This document shows, piece after piece, positions 1 through 10,826 of a DNA stretch of 64,000 nucleotides. The notes beneath the pieces were generated by a model that had not been told where the DNA came from, searched no databases, and saw only the letters and a program-made list of their open reading frames with translations. The position numbers and the translations under genes are program-made. Source of the DNA: a virus; the IMG/VR virus record IMGVR_UViG_3300042893_000684, positions 32,001 to 96,000 of that record. One strand, written 5' to 3'. Numbering within the stretch: the stretch's first letter is position 1; each line of letters begins with the position of its first letter.

Positions 1-2
1 GT

Positions 3-497
3 GCACATTATTATGCTCGTGAGTTGTTTTTCTATGCTAGATATAAAGAGTCGGCAGCTGAATTTAAAAGACACCTATCTTTAGAGTCCGCCCATTGGAA
101 GCCAGAAAGATGTGAATCTCTTAGGTACATTGCTAAATGTGAACCAGATAATAAAGAGTATTGGCTTAGAAAAGCTATTGAGGAATGCCCAGAAAGAAGA
201 GAGCCTTTTGTAGACCTAGCTCAACATTTTTATGAATTAGGAGATTGGTACAGAGTAAAAGAATATTCACAACTTGCTTTAAATATAAAAGAAAAGTATT
301 TAGGATATTTTTGTGAGTCAGAAGCATGGGGATGGAAGCCCCATGACCTACTAGCCCTTGCAAACTATAATCTAGGAGACTTTGAAGAGGCTTCAAAGCA
401 TGGAGAAATAGCTGTTTCTTTGTGTGAAGATCAAAGACTGCATGACAATCTTGCGTTTTATCATGATGCTCAGAATCTTAAAAGTGGTATAATTTAA
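3..497 (+). CDS. 5'-truncated TPR-containing protein, probably the C-terminus of a GT2 glycosyltransferase-TPR
   Basis: Frame is open from the window start ([11 protein letters not shown]...). TPR-like helices ([28 protein letters not shown]) match the C-termini of phage GT2-TPR proteins. The catalytic domain lies outside the window. Confidence 0.55.
   Translation, partial: AHYYARELFFYARYKESAAEFKRHLSLESAHWKPERCESLRYIAKCEPDNKEYWLRKAIEECPERREPFVDLAQHFYELGDWYRVKEYSQLALNIKEKYLGYFCESEAWGWKPHDLLALANYNLGDFEEASKHGEIAVSLCEDQRLHDNLAFYHDAQNLKSGII
485..493 (+). promoter_or_regulatory. Extended -10 promoter (TGGTATAAT) for a leaderless mRNA
   Basis: TATAAT at 488-493, ATG 6 nt downstream at 500, no Shine-Dalgarno (SD) sequence. 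Confidence 0.6.
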
Positions 498-499
498 AA

Positions 500-2359
500 A
501 TGCCTAGTAATTTAACTCCTAAGAATTTCAGATATCCAACACTGGATATGTCTCCTGACATTCCTAGAGACTTAGGTTATCTTGCACAAGACATTGATGA
601 TTACTTAACAGCAAACCCAGGAGCTACAGGACCTACTGGTCCTACAGGAGCAACAGGTGCTACAGGGTCGACTGGTGCTAACAGCACAGTTGCAGGACCA
701 ACAGGTGCCACAGGTGCAACAGGTCCTACTGGATCTACAGGTGCCAACAGCACAGTTGCAGGCCCTACAGGCCCAACAGGTGCCACAGGGCCAACTGGTG
801 CTAACAGTACAGTCGCTGGTCCAACAGGATCAACAGGCGCAACTGGCTCTACGGGCCCAACAGGTGCCACAGGTGCCACAGGTGCAACTGGTCAAGCTGG
901 AACTGGAATTGACATTCTAGGAACTTTTTCTTCTTTAGCTTTATTACAATCAACTCATCCAACAGGAAATCCTGGAGATGGCTACATGGTGCAAGGCAAT
1001 TTGCATGTATGGGATAGTGTAAATAGCGAATGGGATAATGCAGGACCAATTTCTGGACCAACAGGTGCCACAGGTGCAACAGGACCAACAGGTTCTACAG
1101 GTGCAACAGGCGCAGATAGCACAGTAGCAGGACCAACAGGTGCAACAGGCGCAACAGGTTCTACAGGTGCAACAGGCGCATCTGGCGCTAACAGCACAGT
1201 AGCAGGACCTACAGGCGCAACAGGAGCAACAGGCGCAACAGGCGCAACGGGCTCCACTGGTTCCCAAGCAACATTTTCTTTAACTTCTTCTACTCCCCCA
1301 CTTGATCCAATCCAAGGACAAGCGTGGTTTAATACTGAAAATGGTAAAAGTTATACTTACTACGATTCGTTCTGGATAGAAACTGGTTCTTCTTTATCTG
1401 GACCAACAGGAGCAACAGGCTCTACAGGTGTAACAGGACCAACAGGTGCCACAGGAACTCAAGGAGTTGCCGTAAACTTAAAGCCTTCAGTAGCAACAGT
1501 ACCTTCTTTACCGTCTACTGGCAATACTTTAAATGATGGAAGAATTGTTGAATCAGATGGAGATCTTTACATTTGGGACGGATCCTCATGGAGTTCAGTC
1601 GGACAAATAGTAGGACCTACAGGAGCAACAGGCGCAACAGGCGCAACAGGTTCTACAGGCGCAACAGGCGCAACTGGTGCAACAGGTTCTACAGGCGCAA
1701 CAGGCGCAGATAGTACAGTAGCGGGCCCAACAGGCCCAACTGGCGCTAACAGCACAGTTCCAGGACCTACAGGCGCAACAGGCGCAACTGGTGCTAACAG
1801 CACAGTAGCAGGTCCAACAGGCGCTACAGGACCAACAGGTGCAACAGGCGCAACAGGCGCAGATAGCACAGTAGCAGGACCAACAGGAGCAACAGGCGCA
1901 ACAGGCGCCACTGGTTTACCAGGAGCAAGCGGTGGAAAAATAGTTCAAGTTGTTAGTGCTACAACATCAAATACTACATCTTCAACAGGTGGAGCAGGAT
2001 ATGTAGATGTTAGCGGATTATCTGTAACAATTACCCCAACACTTTCAACAAGTAAAATTCTTGTAATGACATCATTTTTAATTTTAGGTACTGGTCCATC
2101 ATATCAATCTGGTTTGGTTCAACTTGTAAAAAATTCTACATCATTAACTTCAGCAGTACTAGGTACTTATTATCCAAATGGTGGGGGAGTTAATACTGGA
2201 AACTATGCTCAATATTCAATTCAGTATATAGATTCTCCAGCAACTACAAGTGCAACAACTTATAAAATTCAGATTAACAACGTCCTTAGCGCAAATAACT
2301 GGGGTGCTAATCCAAGTGGAAATCCAATTCAAATTATAGCAATGGAGATACTAGCATGA
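500..2359 (+). CDS. Collagen-like (Gly-X-Thr) tail fibre/virion protein
   Basis: Long GPT/GAT/GST triplet runs interrupted by short beta modules ([14 protein letters not shown]); C-terminal GKIVQVVS...SKILV..YKIQ head domain typical of phage fibres. Confidence 0.8.
   Translation: MPSNLTPKNFRYPTLDMSPDIPRDLGYLAQDIDDYLTANPGATGPTGPTGATGATGSTGANSTVAGPTGATGATGPTGSTGANSTVAGPTGPTGATGPTGANSTVAGPTGSTGATGSTGPTGATGATGATGQAGTGIDILGTFSSLALLQSTHPTGNPGDGYMVQGNLHVWDSVNSEWDNAGPISGPTGATGATGPTGSTGATGADSTVAGPTGATGATGSTGATGASGANSTVAGPTGATGATGATGATGSTGSQATFSLTSSTPPLDPIQGQAWFNTENGKSYTYYDSFWIETGSSLSGPTGATGSTGVTGPTGATGTQGVAVNLKPSVATVPSLPSTGNTLNDGRIVESDGDLYIWDGSSWSSVGQIVGPTGATGATGATGSTGATGATGATGSTGATGADSTVAGPTGPTGANSTVPGPTGATGATGANSTVAGPTGATGPTGATGATGADSTVAGPTGATGATGATGLPGASGGKIVQVVSATTSNTTSSTGGAGYVDVSGLSVTITPTLSTSKILVMTSFLILGTGPSYQSGLVQLVKNSTSLTSAVLGTYYPNGGGVNTGNYAQYSIQYIDSPATTSATTYKIQINNVLSANNWGANPSGNPIQIIAMEILA
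620..1915 (+). repeat. Coding 9-nt tandem repeats (ggcgcaaca, ggaccaaca) encoding collagen triplets
   Basis: Directly visible, with a recurring (N/D)STVAGPT unit. Also present at about 2735-3070. Confidence 0.9.
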
Positions 2360-2616
2360 AAAACTTTAACGCAATACTTTATTTGTATCCAGATGCTGTA
2401 TTTAGTATGGTAAATGATGACATATCTATGATAACTTGGGTAGGTCAAGAATATCCAGTTCCAACTGCAAAGCAGTTAAGCGATGCAATTAAAGCAATAG
2501 AAGATAAAGAAGCACAAGATATTTTAGATAAAGAAGAAGCAAAAAATTCAGCTCTTAGTAAGTTGCAGGCGTTAGGCTTAACAGAAGCCGAAGCTAAAGC
2601 GATTGCGGGAGTATAG
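2356..2616 (+). CDS. Small tail-fibre-associated (assembly chaperone-like) protein
   Basis: Overlaps the fibre stop codon; ends [15 protein letters not shown], a pattern common in small genes that follow fibres. Confidence 0.5.
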   Translation: MKNFNAILYLYPDAVFSMVNDDISMITWVGQEYPVPTAKQLSDAIKAIEDKEAQDILDKEEAKNSALSKLQALGLTEAEAKAIAGV

Positions 2617-2624
2617 GAGATATT

Positions 2625-3353
2625 ATGCCAATAGACTTTCCAAATAGCCCCTCATTAAATCAATTATTTACAAGTAGCCAGAACACTTGGATATGGGATG
2701 GCACAGCATGGACTCTACAAAGACTTACTACAGGTGCTACTGGTGCCACAGGTGCAACAGGAGCCACTGGCGCAACAGGCGCCGACAGCACAATTGTTGG
2801 CCCAACAGGTGCAACAGGATCAACAGGCGCTACAGGTGCCACTGGCGCAACTGGCGCTAACAGCACAGTCGCAGGACCAACAGGCGCTACGGGCGCTACA
2901 GGTGCCACTGGCGCAACAGGCGCCGACAGCACAGTCCCAGGACCTACAGGCGCAACAGGCGCAACTGGCGCTAACAGCACAGTAGTAGGTCCAACAGGCG
3001 CTACGGGCGCTACAGGTGCCACTGGCGCAACAGGCGCCGACAGCACAGTCCCAGGACCTACAGGTCCCACAGGGGAAACTTTTCCTTCACAAACTGGTAA
3101 CTCTGGAAAATTCTTAAGTACAAATGGTACTTCGACTTTATGGAATACGGTTGCACAATATTCTTTACCAGCGCAGTCTGGAAACTCTGGAAAATTTCTA
3201 ACTACAAATGGAACGGCAGAGTCATGGGCAACTGTAGCAACTACAGCATATTCAAACGGAACAAATACTGCAAACTCAAATAAAATATTCTATAACACAA
3301 CTGGAACGCCACCAACTGGCACTGCAGCTGGCGATTTATATATTTTCTACTAG
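2625..3353 (+). CDS. Second collagen-like fibre protein
   Basis: GGAG RBS; [19 protein letters not shown]-terminus; GAT/GPT repeats; two [13 protein letters not shown] repeats. Confidence 0.75.
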   Translation: MPIDFPNSPSLNQLFTSSQNTWIWDGTAWTLQRLTTGATGATGATGATGATGADSTIVGPTGATGSTGATGATGATGANSTVAGPTGATGATGATGATGADSTVPGPTGATGATGANSTVVGPTGATGATGATGATGADSTVPGPTGPTGETFPSQTGNSGKFLSTNGTSTLWNTVAQYSLPAQSGNSGKFLTTNGTAESWATVATTAYSNGTNTANSNKIFYNTTGTPPTGTAAGDLYIFY

Positions 3354-3361
3354 GATAACAT

Positions 3362-5191
3362 ATGACTATAAAAGCATATGATGGAACAACATGGCAAACA
3401 CAAAAATCATTAAAGATTTATAATGGTTCGTCTTGGTCAACCGCAAAGCAAGCTTGGATTTATAATGGGACAAGTTGGCTAATAAACTACCCAGAATTTC
3501 CATCTTCTTCTTCAAATCCATCTATAACAGTATCATCAGGACTCGACGGTAGACTTGGTTGTACATATAGTGCATCTGTAGGCTCATGGAATTCCAATGA
3601 TGCGTATGTTCCAACATCATATACATATCAGTGGACTAGGTCAGGTTCAGACATTTCTGGAGCGACATCTTCTACATATACAACTGTTTCGGCAGATGCA
3701 GAATCAGTGATTGGAGTTAAAGTACGAGCTACTAATCAAAGAGGTAACACAACAACTTCTTCTACTACTGGAACCCAAATGCTCCCACACGTCACATCAT
3801 TAACAGGTTCAAATACAACACAGTCAGTTTCTACACCAACAGTCTCATTTAACCCAAATGGTTTAAGCTACAGCGGATCCTGGAACTCTATATTAAATGC
3901 AACCACATATGAAACTACATCGGGAGGATCTGCAGGGTCACCAAGTGTTAATATTGGAGCACGAACATTTAACGGTACAGGAACTGCAGGTAACGCATCA
4001 TTTTCAGTAAGAGCAGTAAATACAACTAGACGGATTTCTTTGAGTTGGCCTGCAGCTATTGGCGCAGTATCTTATGATCTTTACGTTAACGGTACTTTTT
4101 TTGGAAATGTGGGTAACGTAACAAGTTATGTTTATAATCCTCCTGATGATAGTGCTAGAAACTTTACTATATACCCTAGAACTTCAGGAAATGTTCAAGG
4201 ATACGGATCATCAGTGGCATCTGCTATAGCGGCTGCAGCAACACGAAGCGATTATGGAACTGGCAGCGGAAACCTTGTTCAACCTAACGCAACATCCCCT
4301 ACATTCGCTAGCAGTTCTGCAAGTACTTCAAATTTATCCGTATCTTGGGGCGGAGCAACAAATGCAACAAAGTATAGAGTGTATTGGACTACCGCATCTT
4401 CAATTTCTTTAGACCCCGCTGTGTCCTATGATTCACCAGAATGGACAGGAACTGCTGCAAGCTATAGTATTTCAGGTAGCGAAGGAAGCACATACTATTT
4501 TTATATATCTGCTTCAGGTGACAACAATGTTTGGACACCATATGGATCATACAAAACATCAGCTACAATTGCATATACTGCTCCAGGCGCACCTAGCCCA
4601 TCTACAAGCGGAATAACTTCAAGTTCATTTACAATTTCATGGTCGGCAGTATCTGGAGCAGCTTTTTATTCTGTAAAAGTTGGAACATCTTCTGGCGGAA
4701 CAAATATAGTTAATACAACAACAACTAATACCTCATATTCTGTATCAAGTTTATCTTCAAGCACAACATACTATGTAACAATTGCTGCAAATAAAACAGG
4801 ATATGGCTATGGAGGTGACGGAACTGCATCGGCAACTACAACAGCAGCCCCCCCTTCAGTTGGTGTGCCAACTGTTCAGTTTGAAAGAACTGGAAGTCAA
4901 ATAAAATGGGGTATTGATAACCCATCATTTAGCGGTGCGTTCACACCATTTGGAATTGAGTGGGAAGTTAGAACAGCCCAAGGAGGCGGAACTGCAATTG
5001 CTAACAGTACAATAAACTATACAACATCTATGACAAGGGGTCCAGTAAATGGATATAACTGGAATTATTGGGTTAGATCAACAACAGATTTACCATACAG
5101 CGCCAACGCAAGATATCTGAGATGTAGACTTTATGGGCAAAATGACAATACTTTTGCAATATTTGACGGCCCTTGGTCCAGTTGGATATAA
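3362..5191 (+). CDS. Ser/Thr-rich virion protein with Ig/fibronectin type III-like domains
   Basis: YTYQW...ISGATSSTY motif and an FN3 pattern (SSFTISWSAV...Y.V..LSSSTTYYVTI). Confidence 0.7.
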   Translation: MTIKAYDGTTWQTQKSLKIYNGSSWSTAKQAWIYNGTSWLINYPEFPSSSSNPSITVSSGLDGRLGCTYSASVGSWNSNDAYVPTSYTYQWTRSGSDISGATSSTYTTVSADAESVIGVKVRATNQRGNTTTSSTTGTQMLPHVTSLTGSNTTQSVSTPTVSFNPNGLSYSGSWNSILNATTYETTSGGSAGSPSVNIGARTFNGTGTAGNASFSVRAVNTTRRISLSWPAAIGAVSYDLYVNGTFFGNVGNVTSYVYNPPDDSARNFTIYPRTSGNVQGYGSSVASAIAAAATRSDYGTGSGNLVQPNATSPTFASSSASTSNLSVSWGGATNATKYRVYWTTASSISLDPAVSYDSPEWTGTAASYSISGSEGSTYYFYISASGDNNVWTPYGSYKTSATIAYTAPGAPSPSTSGITSSSFTISWSAVSGAAFYSVKVGTSSGGTNIVNTTTTNTSYSVSSLSSSTTYYVTIAANKTGYGYGGDGTASATTTAAPPSVGVPTVQFERTGSQIKWGIDNPSFSGAFTPFGIEWEVRTAQGGGTAIANSTINYTTSMTRGPVNGYNWNYWVRSTTDLPYSANARYLRCRLYGQNDNTFAIFDGPWSSWI

Positions 5192-5406
5192 TGAAGGTTT
5201 ATGATATGATAACAAAAGAAGAAAAAGTTTTTATTTTAAATCAGTATATAAAAGAACTTAATTGTAACAAATATACTAGCACAAATAAAATTACTCCTGA
5301 CTTAACTCAGGAGGAGCTTGCTGAAATAAACCTCAGCATAGAGTCAATAGATCAAAAGATTCAAGCCATTGAATCCGAAAAAACAAAAATAGAAGAAGGA
5401 GAATAA
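5191..5406 (+). CDS. Small coiled-coil hypothetical protein
   Basis: ATG coupled to the upstream stop (alternative start 5206); resembles the next gene. Confidence 0.55.
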   Translation: MKVYDMITKEEKVFILNQYIKELNCNKYTSTNKITPDLTQEELAEINLSIESIDQKIQAIESEKTKIEEGE

Positions 5407-5407
5407 A

Positions 5408-5605
5408 ATGCCAACATACACAGTTCTAACAAATGACGAGAAAGCAGCAATTGCTAAAGCAGAAATTAGAAGCCTAGAGTATCAGATGTATACACTTGAA
5501 GTAAGACTTATCGCTGAAAATGCAAAGTCTGATCCAGACGATACAACTGTTGCAACTTTAAATACACTTATTGCTGAAAAGCAAACACAAATAGCAGCAC
5601 TTTAA
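5408..5605 (+). CDS. Small coiled-coil hypothetical protein
   Basis: AGGAG RBS, 65 aa, helical. Confidence 0.65.
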   Translation: MPTYTVLTNDEKAAIAKAEIRSLEYQMYTLEVRLIAENAKSDPDDTTVATLNTLIAEKQTQIAAL

Positions 5606-5623
5606 TTTAAAAAGGAGGATGGA

Positions 5624-7423
5624 ATGTCATACAAAAATACAGTCTTAAACGACTTTCCAAACTCATTTTATTTATTAGATGAAGTAGAGTCTGGGCAAAT
5701 AGCAGACTACACCGAGCTATTATCACAGTTTGCTACATATCAAGATTTAAAAGATAGCGGATTAGTTTATGCACAATTAGGTGGAATCTCTGTTTACGAC
5801 TACTCTGGAAGCTTAAATAATGGATCTGCTTCTTCGACATCTTTAAGGCAAATAATGCCCTTGGTGGCGGGAGGAATAAGAGGAACAGAAATGTTGCCAC
5901 TTACTGAAATTACCTATAGCCCAAAAGGAATAGCAAACAAAAATTATAAAGATAATACTTTTTCAATAGAGGCCTGGGTTTTGCTTCCAGCATATAATGC
6001 TACTGCAACAGTTGTGGGAGACACGGCTACAGACACTGGAATATTCTATGAAAATGGTAATATTATATTTCAAGTAGGTGCCAATAAGGCAGAACATACA
6101 GTATCTAATTCTGAAGCAATTCATGTAGTAGGTATATTCCAAAGCAATCTTTTGTCTTTGTATGTCAACGGTATTTTGGTTGACACCACATCTGTAGATA
6201 ATTATAAATTTTTAAATGACATTGCAACATTTAAAAGTGGTCCTTCTACAGGAAAATTTGTAATAGACTCAGTAGGATTTTATAGGTATGCCTTATCACC
6301 TTCTCAGATTTTAAGTCATTACAATGAGGGTACAAAGGAAGTTAATGTATCTCAAATAGCGTCTATAGATGGCGGTTACCTTTTTAGCATGAACACAGAA
6401 TCTATGCAGCGCAAATTTTCATATACATATCCTGTATCAAAATTATGGAGCGAGCTAAATATTAATGGCCAGTATTTATCAAGTGATCAGTCTTCTGTAT
6501 ATATTCCAGAGGCAGTTGGGGCCAAGTCTTTTTCTTTCACAGATCATTTTATTGTACCAAATTACCTAGGGATTACTAGCTCACAGATACACTGGGAAAA
6601 TGACGTAAAAGGAATTTTAGTAGAGGCAAGCATAGACAACATAACATGGAGAACTTGCACAAATGGATCGCCATTGCCATACTTTAATAAAAACGATAAT
6701 CAAATTTCAGATATTATTTATCTAAGGGTAACTTTATCATCTGACGATGCCACCAGATATCTACCGATTTTAAAATCCCTAGACATTGCTTTTTACGGTT
6801 CAAAGAATTTCTACAGCGACAATTCTGGATATTATATATCTTCGAATTATGACTATTCTTTGCCAAAGACAAATAGCAAGACGTTGTCATATAATAAAAA
6901 CAATGGTCTTACTATGTATGACGGACACGGATTTTCTTTAAATAACGTCCCAGCAATTTCAACAGTAGAAGTTATATTTACCCCTCAGTACGACGACAAT
7001 GTTTTAGTGAGCGGATTAGCCAGTCGGTACGAGTGGAATAATGCGGGGGTCATAACAAAAGCAGGAATATCCTCAATCTATGTAAATGGTATAAATAGGA
7101 CATCCGCAGTAAACGTATGGGACTTCATGGCTGTAAATACGCCTCACCATATAATCATTGAATTTACATCGGCAGACAGCAACCTTAAGTTTAATCAAAA
7201 TCAAAATGACTCCAAGTCTGGATCTGGGCATATGTATAACAATCTTGCCGTATATGAAAATGCATTACCGCTATCTTCTAAGCTTAATCACTACTTGCTA
7301 TATACGGGAAATATCGTAAATCAAATAAATGACACCGCTTTTGGAATTGAAGAGTCCGCCCTAGGTGAAGATTTGACCCCGTTCTTTATAACTGTGGTAG
7401 AGCCAGAGTCAGTTAGCCTATAA
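5624..7423 (+). CDS. LamG/concanavalin-A-like domain minor virion protein
   Basis: AGGAGG RBS; FSIEAWV...HVVG...LYVNG...IDSVGFYRYALS LamG signature. Confidence 0.75.
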   Translation: MSYKNTVLNDFPNSFYLLDEVESGQIADYTELLSQFATYQDLKDSGLVYAQLGGISVYDYSGSLNNGSASSTSLRQIMPLVAGGIRGTEMLPLTEITYSPKGIANKNYKDNTFSIEAWVLLPAYNATATVVGDTATDTGIFYENGNIIFQVGANKAEHTVSNSEAIHVVGIFQSNLLSLYVNGILVDTTSVDNYKFLNDIATFKSGPSTGKFVIDSVGFYRYALSPSQILSHYNEGTKEVNVSQIASIDGGYLFSMNTESMQRKFSYTYPVSKLWSELNINGQYLSSDQSSVYIPEAVGAKSFSFTDHFIVPNYLGITSSQIHWENDVKGILVEASIDNITWRTCTNGSPLPYFNKNDNQISDIIYLRVTLSSDDATRYLPILKSLDIAFYGSKNFYSDNSGYYISSNYDYSLPKTNSKTLSYNKNNGLTMYDGHGFSLNNVPAISTVEVIFTPQYDDNVLVSGLASRYEWNNAGVITKAGISSIYVNGINRTSAVNVWDFMAVNTPHHIIIEFTSADSNLKFNQNQNDSKSGSGHMYNNLAVYENALPLSSKLNHYLLYTGNIVNQINDTAFGIEESALGEDLTPFFITVVEPESVSL

Positions 7424-7479
7424 TTTTGTCCACCTCTTGTGCAAACTCTAGACTTTAGCACAGAATAATGGTATGATTT

Positions 7480-7827
7480 ATGTCTATGGATATTAATAAA
7501 GCTAAATATAACATTAATGAAGAAGAATCGATTCTAGGCATATACGTATGGGAGATGCCTGACGGTAGATGGATTGGAGACGACGATGGGAACTTTCTTT
7601 CAGTCACGTCCAAAAAAGGAAATAGATCCAACATCGATGCTTTGGCTAGAGAAGTTCGCTCATTTGGCATATATGAGGGCGGGCCTAAATTTCTTTCAGC
7701 AAGAAGAAAGATTGACGACGAAGAATTCCAGCATCAAAAGCAAAGACTTGACTGGGGACTAGTTCCTGATCCATATGATATCGGAAACTATAAAGACGAA
7801 ATGAAAAAAATAGGTGGTTTAAGATGA
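7480..7827 (+). CDS. Hypothetical protein upstream of portal (true start may be 7486)
   Basis: 115-aa ORF coupled to the portal; preceded by TAGACT-17-TATGAT. Confidence 0.7.
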   Translation: MSMDINKAKYNINEEESILGIYVWEMPDGRWIGDDDGNFLSVTSKKGNRSNIDALAREVRSFGIYEGGPKFLSARRKIDDEEFQHQKQRLDWGLVPDPYDIGNYKDEMKKIGGLR

Positions 7828-9407
7828 CAGTAGAATTTCTCGGTGAAGATAATTCAGAAAACATTATCGACATATCAAATACAGCGGATTGGTTTTCTTT
7901 TAAAAAGGATGAAAAAAACAACGACCCGTTTGCAATAGGCCTAGAAGACATCAAAAAGCTTAGAGGTCTCGGGTCATCATTTAAGCGTAGAATTAATAGA
8001 GAGTTTTCTAAATCATTCTCAGGCATTGAAGATACTGGAACACAACAAAACCTATTGGCACAAGCAATTAGCGGATACGCTATGTTTGATCTTATTGAGC
8101 CTCCATACAACCAAGAGTATCTTTCAAAGATTTATGAAATTTCAACATATAACTATGCAGCAATTAATGCAAAGGTTGCCAATATTGTTGGCCTAGGTTA
8201 TGACTTTATTGAAACAAAGAAAACAAATGATGCCTTTGATTCAATAACAGATGACAAACAGCTTGAGAGGGCACGTAGAAAGCTAAATAAGCTTCGTCAA
8301 GATCTACACGCTTGGCTAGATACAACGAATACTGAAGATACATTTACACAAACATTAATTAAGGTTTACACAGATCTTGAAGCAACAGGAAACGGTTACC
8401 TTGAAATAGGAAGAACAACAGGCGGAGACATTGGGTACATTGGGCATATCCCAGCAAAGACAATGCGTGTTCGCAGACTTAGAGATGGCTTCATTCAGCT
8501 GCTGTATGGCAAGGCTGTATTCTTTAATAACTTCGGCGAGAATGAAACAGAGAACCCAATCGCTGGTCAAGAAGATCGCCCAAATGAAATTATTCATTTT
8601 AAGAAGTACACACCAATGAATAACTATTATGGAATTCCAGACATCATTGCAGCACAGGTAGCCCTTGCTGGAAATGAATTATCTGGCCGTTACAATCTAG
8701 ACTACTTTGAAAACAAAGCGGTCCCAAGATATATTATTACAGTTAAGGGAGCAAAGCTTTCTCCAGAGTCAGAAAGAAAATTGCTTGAATTTTTCCAAGT
8801 TGGATTAAAGGGAAAGAATCACAGATCCCTATATGTTCCACTTCCAGCAGATAGCCCAGACTCAAAAGTTGAATTTAAAATGGAGCCTATTGAAGCGGGT
8901 AATCAAGAAGGATCATTTGAGAAATATCGTAAATCAAATAGAGACGAAATTCTACTTGCCCACCGTGTTCCAATTAATAAAATAGGAACTCCAGAGGGGG
9001 TTAATTTAGCGGTAGCCAGAGATGCTGATAAGACATTTAAAGAGCAGGTTTGCCGACCAGCTCAAATGACCCTGGAGAAAAAAATTAATGCAATATTTGA
9101 TGAAAAAACAGATGCCTTGACTTTAAAGTTTAATGAATTAACTTTAACTGATGAAGACACTCAATCTCAAATAGATGAAAGATATTTAAGAATGCAGGTA
9201 ATTACTCCAAATGAAGTTAGAATTAGAAAAGGAATGATACCTGTTGAAGGCGGAGATAAAATGGTTGAATTAAAGCCCCAAGAGGCTGCTGATCAAAAAG
9301 CAACCGCTGGGAAAACCAGGGCCCGAGATTCCGAAAGATCCGCATCCTCCTCAGATAAAGTGGGAGAAGGCCGAAATGCCAAAGGCGAAGGAAGACGGGT
9401 CGACTAA
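7824..9407 (+). CDS. Portal protein
   Basis: DLEATGNGYLEI, EIIHFK, YYGIP, YFENKAVP, ITPNEVR motifs of HK97/PBSX-type portals. Confidence 0.92.
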   Translation: MTVEFLGEDNSENIIDISNTADWFSFKKDEKNNDPFAIGLEDIKKLRGLGSSFKRRINREFSKSFSGIEDTGTQQNLLAQAISGYAMFDLIEPPYNQEYLSKIYEISTYNYAAINAKVANIVGLGYDFIETKKTNDAFDSITDDKQLERARRKLNKLRQDLHAWLDTTNTEDTFTQTLIKVYTDLEATGNGYLEIGRTTGGDIGYIGHIPAKTMRVRRLRDGFIQLLYGKAVFFNNFGENETENPIAGQEDRPNEIIHFKKYTPMNNYYGIPDIIAAQVALAGNELSGRYNLDYFENKAVPRYIITVKGAKLSPESERKLLEFFQVGLKGKNHRSLYVPLPADSPDSKVEFKMEPIEAGNQEGSFEKYRKSNRDEILLAHRVPINKIGTPEGVNLAVARDADKTFKEQVCRPAQMTLEKKINAIFDEKTDALTLKFNELTLTDEDTQSQIDERYLRMQVITPNEVRIRKGMIPVEGGDKMVELKPQEAADQKATAGKTRARDSERSASSSDKVGEGRNAKGEGRRVD

Positions 9408-9424
9408 GTCCACTCAACTGTTAT

Positions 9425-9453
9425 TTGCTTTATAGTCTATAACACTATAAAAT
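9425..9453 (+). promoter_or_regulatory. Promoter TTGCTT-17-TAAAAT, leaderless to the protease gene
   Basis: Identical hexamers and spacing recur at 15100-15128; ATG is 7 nt after the -10. Confidence 0.55.
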
Positions 9454-9460
9454 TAAGCAT

Positions 9461-10813
9461 ATGAACATTGAAAAGTCTTTATGGACCAGTAACGGCAACG
9501 TTATTAATTTGTCGGTTCCTTTTACTAAAGTTAACCGTGAAAAGAGAACCGTATCTGGATTCGCAACCCTAGACAATGTTGATCAGACTGGTGATGTTGT
9601 AACAGCAGAATCAAGTCTCAAGGCATTCGAAAATTTCCGTGGGAATATTCGTGAAATGCACGGATCAAATGCGGTAGGAAAGATGGTTTCATTTAAGCCA
9701 GAAACTTTTTATGATCCAAAGTCAAAAGAGTTCTTCAACGGAGTGTATGTAGATGCATACATCTCAAAGGGCGCACAAGACACCTGGGAGAAAGTTCTAG
9801 ACGGAACTCTATCTGGATTCTCAATCGGCGGAAAGATTCTTGAGTCAGACAATGAAGTTAACAAGGCAAACGGTAAGACCGTAAGATTTATTAAGAACTA
9901 TGAACTAATTGAACTTTCTATTGTTGATTCACCAGCAAATGAACTTTGTAACATTCTTTCTATTCAGAAAGTAAATGGACAATACATTGCTAAGGGAATT
10001 GCAGTAGGTGTAGTAACTGAAAACATATTTTACTGTGCAGACAGTGATTCTGTTTTTATCTCAACAGATAAAACATACGACTCTCCAGTATCTGGAAAGC
10101 CAGCAGAATTAATAGGATGGGTTGAAAGCTCAGACGTTAATAAAGCAAAAGAGATAGATAAGATTCTTGATGCATATAAGCATTCAAGATTTACGTTGCC
10201 TGAAACACAAACAATTGCAAAACAGGCAAACGCAGAAGGAGGTAATGAAATGTCAGATAATACAGAAAACGTAGTTGTCGAAGATGTTGCAGTAGAGGCA
10301 CCAGCCGAAGCAGTAGCAGAAGAAGCAGCCGTTGAAGATACAGCAGTAGTTGCAGATGATGCAGCTCCAGCTGAAGCTCCTGCAGAAGCAGTAGCAGAAG
10401 ACGTTCCTGCCGAGACTCTGGAAAAAGCAGCCGAAGTATCAGAAGATAAGGTTGATGAACCTGATTTTGCGAAGATGTTAGGCGATCTAAAAGGCTTTTT
10501 CTCAGAAACTCTAAACAAGGCATCTGAAGCAAATGCAGCACAAGTAACAACAATCCAAACGACTGTTGAAGCTTTCAGCAAGAGCGTAGATGCTAGAATT
10601 TCAGAGTTGGCAGAACAACACACAGCACTTTCAAGCGCTGTAAATAACATCAAGAGCACGATTGATGGTGTACAAAAGCGTGTCGACGCAGTAGAATCAG
10701 AGACTGCATTTAAGAAGTCTTCAGATCTTGGCCGATCAGAAGAAGCAACAACAATCAAAAAATCTAAATGGAACGGTTCTTTCCTCGGTTCCGTAAACGA
10801 AATATTCAACTAA
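9461..10813 (+). CDS. Prohead (capsid maturation) protease with C-terminal scaffold
   Basis: HK97-family protease motifs (VSGFA, D.TGDVV, IREMH, GFSIGG, ELSIVDSPAN); acidic Ala/Glu and coiled-coil C-terminal half. Confidence 0.88.
   Translation: MNIEKSLWTSNGNVINLSVPFTKVNREKRTVSGFATLDNVDQTGDVVTAESSLKAFENFRGNIREMHGSNAVGKMVSFKPETFYDPKSKEFFNGVYVDAYISKGAQDTWEKVLDGTLSGFSIGGKILESDNEVNKANGKTVRFIKNYELIELSIVDSPANELCNILSIQKVNGQYIAKGIAVGVVTENIFYCADSDSVFISTDKTYDSPVSGKPAELIGWVESSDVNKAKEIDKILDAYKHSRFTLPETQTIAKQANAEGGNEMSDNTENVVVEDVAVEAPAEAVAEEAAVEDTAVVADDAAPAEAPAEAVAEDVPAETLEKAAEVSEDKVDEPDFAKMLGDLKGFFSETLNKASEANAAQVTTIQTTVEAFSKSVDARISELAEQHTALSSAVNNIKSTIDGVQKRVDAVESETAFKKSSDLGRSEEATTIKKSKWNGSFLGSVNEIFN
10250..10813 (+). 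CDS. Nested in-frame scaffolding protein (internal start)
   Basis: GGAGGT at 10238-10243, ATG 6 nt later, in frame with the protease gene. Confidence 0.6.
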   Translation: MSDNTENVVVEDVAVEAPAEAVAEEAAVEDTAVVADDAAPAEAPAEAVAEDVPAETLEKAAEVSEDKVDEPDFAKMLGDLKGFFSETLNKASEANAAQVTTIQTTVEAFSKSVDARISELAEQHTALSSAVNNIKSTIDGVQKRVDAVESETAFKKSSDLGRSEEATTIKKSKWNGSFLGSVNEIFN

Positions 10814-10826
10814 GGTAGGTATAAAA

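Noticed and set aside
601-3070. Minus-strand and alternate-frame ORFs (APVAPVGPV...) over the collagen genes
   Set aside because: These are shadows of stop-free 9-nt coding repeats, with no independent RBS or promoter.
620-3070. Tandem repeats as a CRISPR array or DGR template/variable repeats
   Set aside because: The repeats are in-frame collagen codons varying at third positions, with no unique spacers; no reverse transcriptase is present in the window.
10030-10809. 259-aa minus-strand ORF
   Set aside because: Antisense to the low-complexity scaffold region; its composition mirrors the sense codon bias.
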